Origin: Lama glama
Lineage: Eukaryota
Assembly (NCBI GenBank): GCA_028534125.1
Contig: CM052837.1
Span: 37,014,001-37,078,000, forward strand
Length of the DNA: 64,000 nt
Direction of reading: 5' to 3'
The notes under the pieces are model-generated. The model worked only from the letters and a program-made list of their open reading frames with translations, did not search any database and was not told the DNA's origin. Both the position numbers and the translations under genes were made by a program. Shown here in pieces: positions 63,480 through 64,000 of the stretch (position 1 is the stretch's first letter; each line of letters opens with the position of its first letter).

Positions 63480-63930
63480 CACAAAACATGACGGCAAATT
63501 CAATTTCTAGAAGACTTTTTTTGTTTTTTTATCCATTCAGGAAAAAAAATTAGACACACACGGTGAAATTTACAATCGGCGGCATCACCTGTCACACCGT
63601 CTGTCCTACCAGACCTGACGTTTAAAGCTCAGCATTACTGGTATAAAAACATGAAACGGCGTCAGGACGCTCCACGGAGAAAAGTGAGGAGCCCCTCCAG
63701 GCCCGGGCCTGTCACCACTGCCCGCCCAGGAGCACAGCGGCCCCTCCGGGCACGCAAGGCCGTAGGAGGCAGGGGCCCCAAGGAAACAGCACGTTCACCA
63801 AATCTGAACAACTAAAATGTGTCCTTCTGCCTAGTGGAAATCAAACGGACAGACTGGCATTTTAGGTTGATAATAGGTAACAAAGATAAAATGATGGCAA
63901 ACCAGCCAAAGTGAGCCGCAGCCCGCTGAC
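63480..63930 (+). mobile_element. Degenerate L1 ORF2 fragment
   Basis: ggcggcatcacc (GGIT) and tactggtataaaaac (YWYKN) recall the L1 ORF2 GGITLPD...AWYWY motif. Confidence 0.6.
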
Positions 63931-64000
63931 CCCGGCATCTTGAGAGCAGCGCGTCAGCGGAGCTCGGCAGATGGCTCGTGGTTTCTCACGCTCGCTGTAA

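Noticed and set aside
1-64000. tRNA, rRNA, snRNA genes or processed pseudogenes
   Set aside because: None recognised by eye; tRNAscan-SE, Infernal and BLASTX would be needed to exclude them

Overview
Mammalian genomic DNA, GC-rich (about 60-65% by eye), from a draft assembly with two N-gaps. An artiodactyl-type L1 3' end is present, and I recognise no Alu, Bov-tA/BovB, CHR-2, PRE-1 or Can-SINE, which tentatively points to a camelid. I find no credible protein-coding exon: the six-frame ORFs are GC-rich noise, apart from short peptides that are L1 ORF1/ORF2 relics. The window is best read as the CpG-island promoter (about 51.4-53.7 kb) and long 5' introns of a gene, probably on the minus strand, with non-coding 5' exons. 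Two perfect CAG|GTAAGT donors lie at 51960 and 48049. The strongest signals are three REST/NRSF RE1 elements (10778, 50309, 53257), an RFX X-box and a CTCF core at the island edge, which suggests a neuronal gene, and several AT-rich, TAAT-dense islands resembling conserved non-coding enhancers. Repeats include old L1, L2, MIR, MLT1, MER5 and MER53 copies, many drifted strongly towards GC. One nest has an old L1 interrupted by a younger L1 and by a complete solo ERV LTR carrying a tandem CCAAT array, two octamers and a TATA box. There is also an unexplained ~90-bp inverted repeat pair (20001/20851). I cannot demonstrate a wholly new biological system; the best leads are the RE1 cluster, the LTR as a possible alternative promoter, and the inverted repeat.
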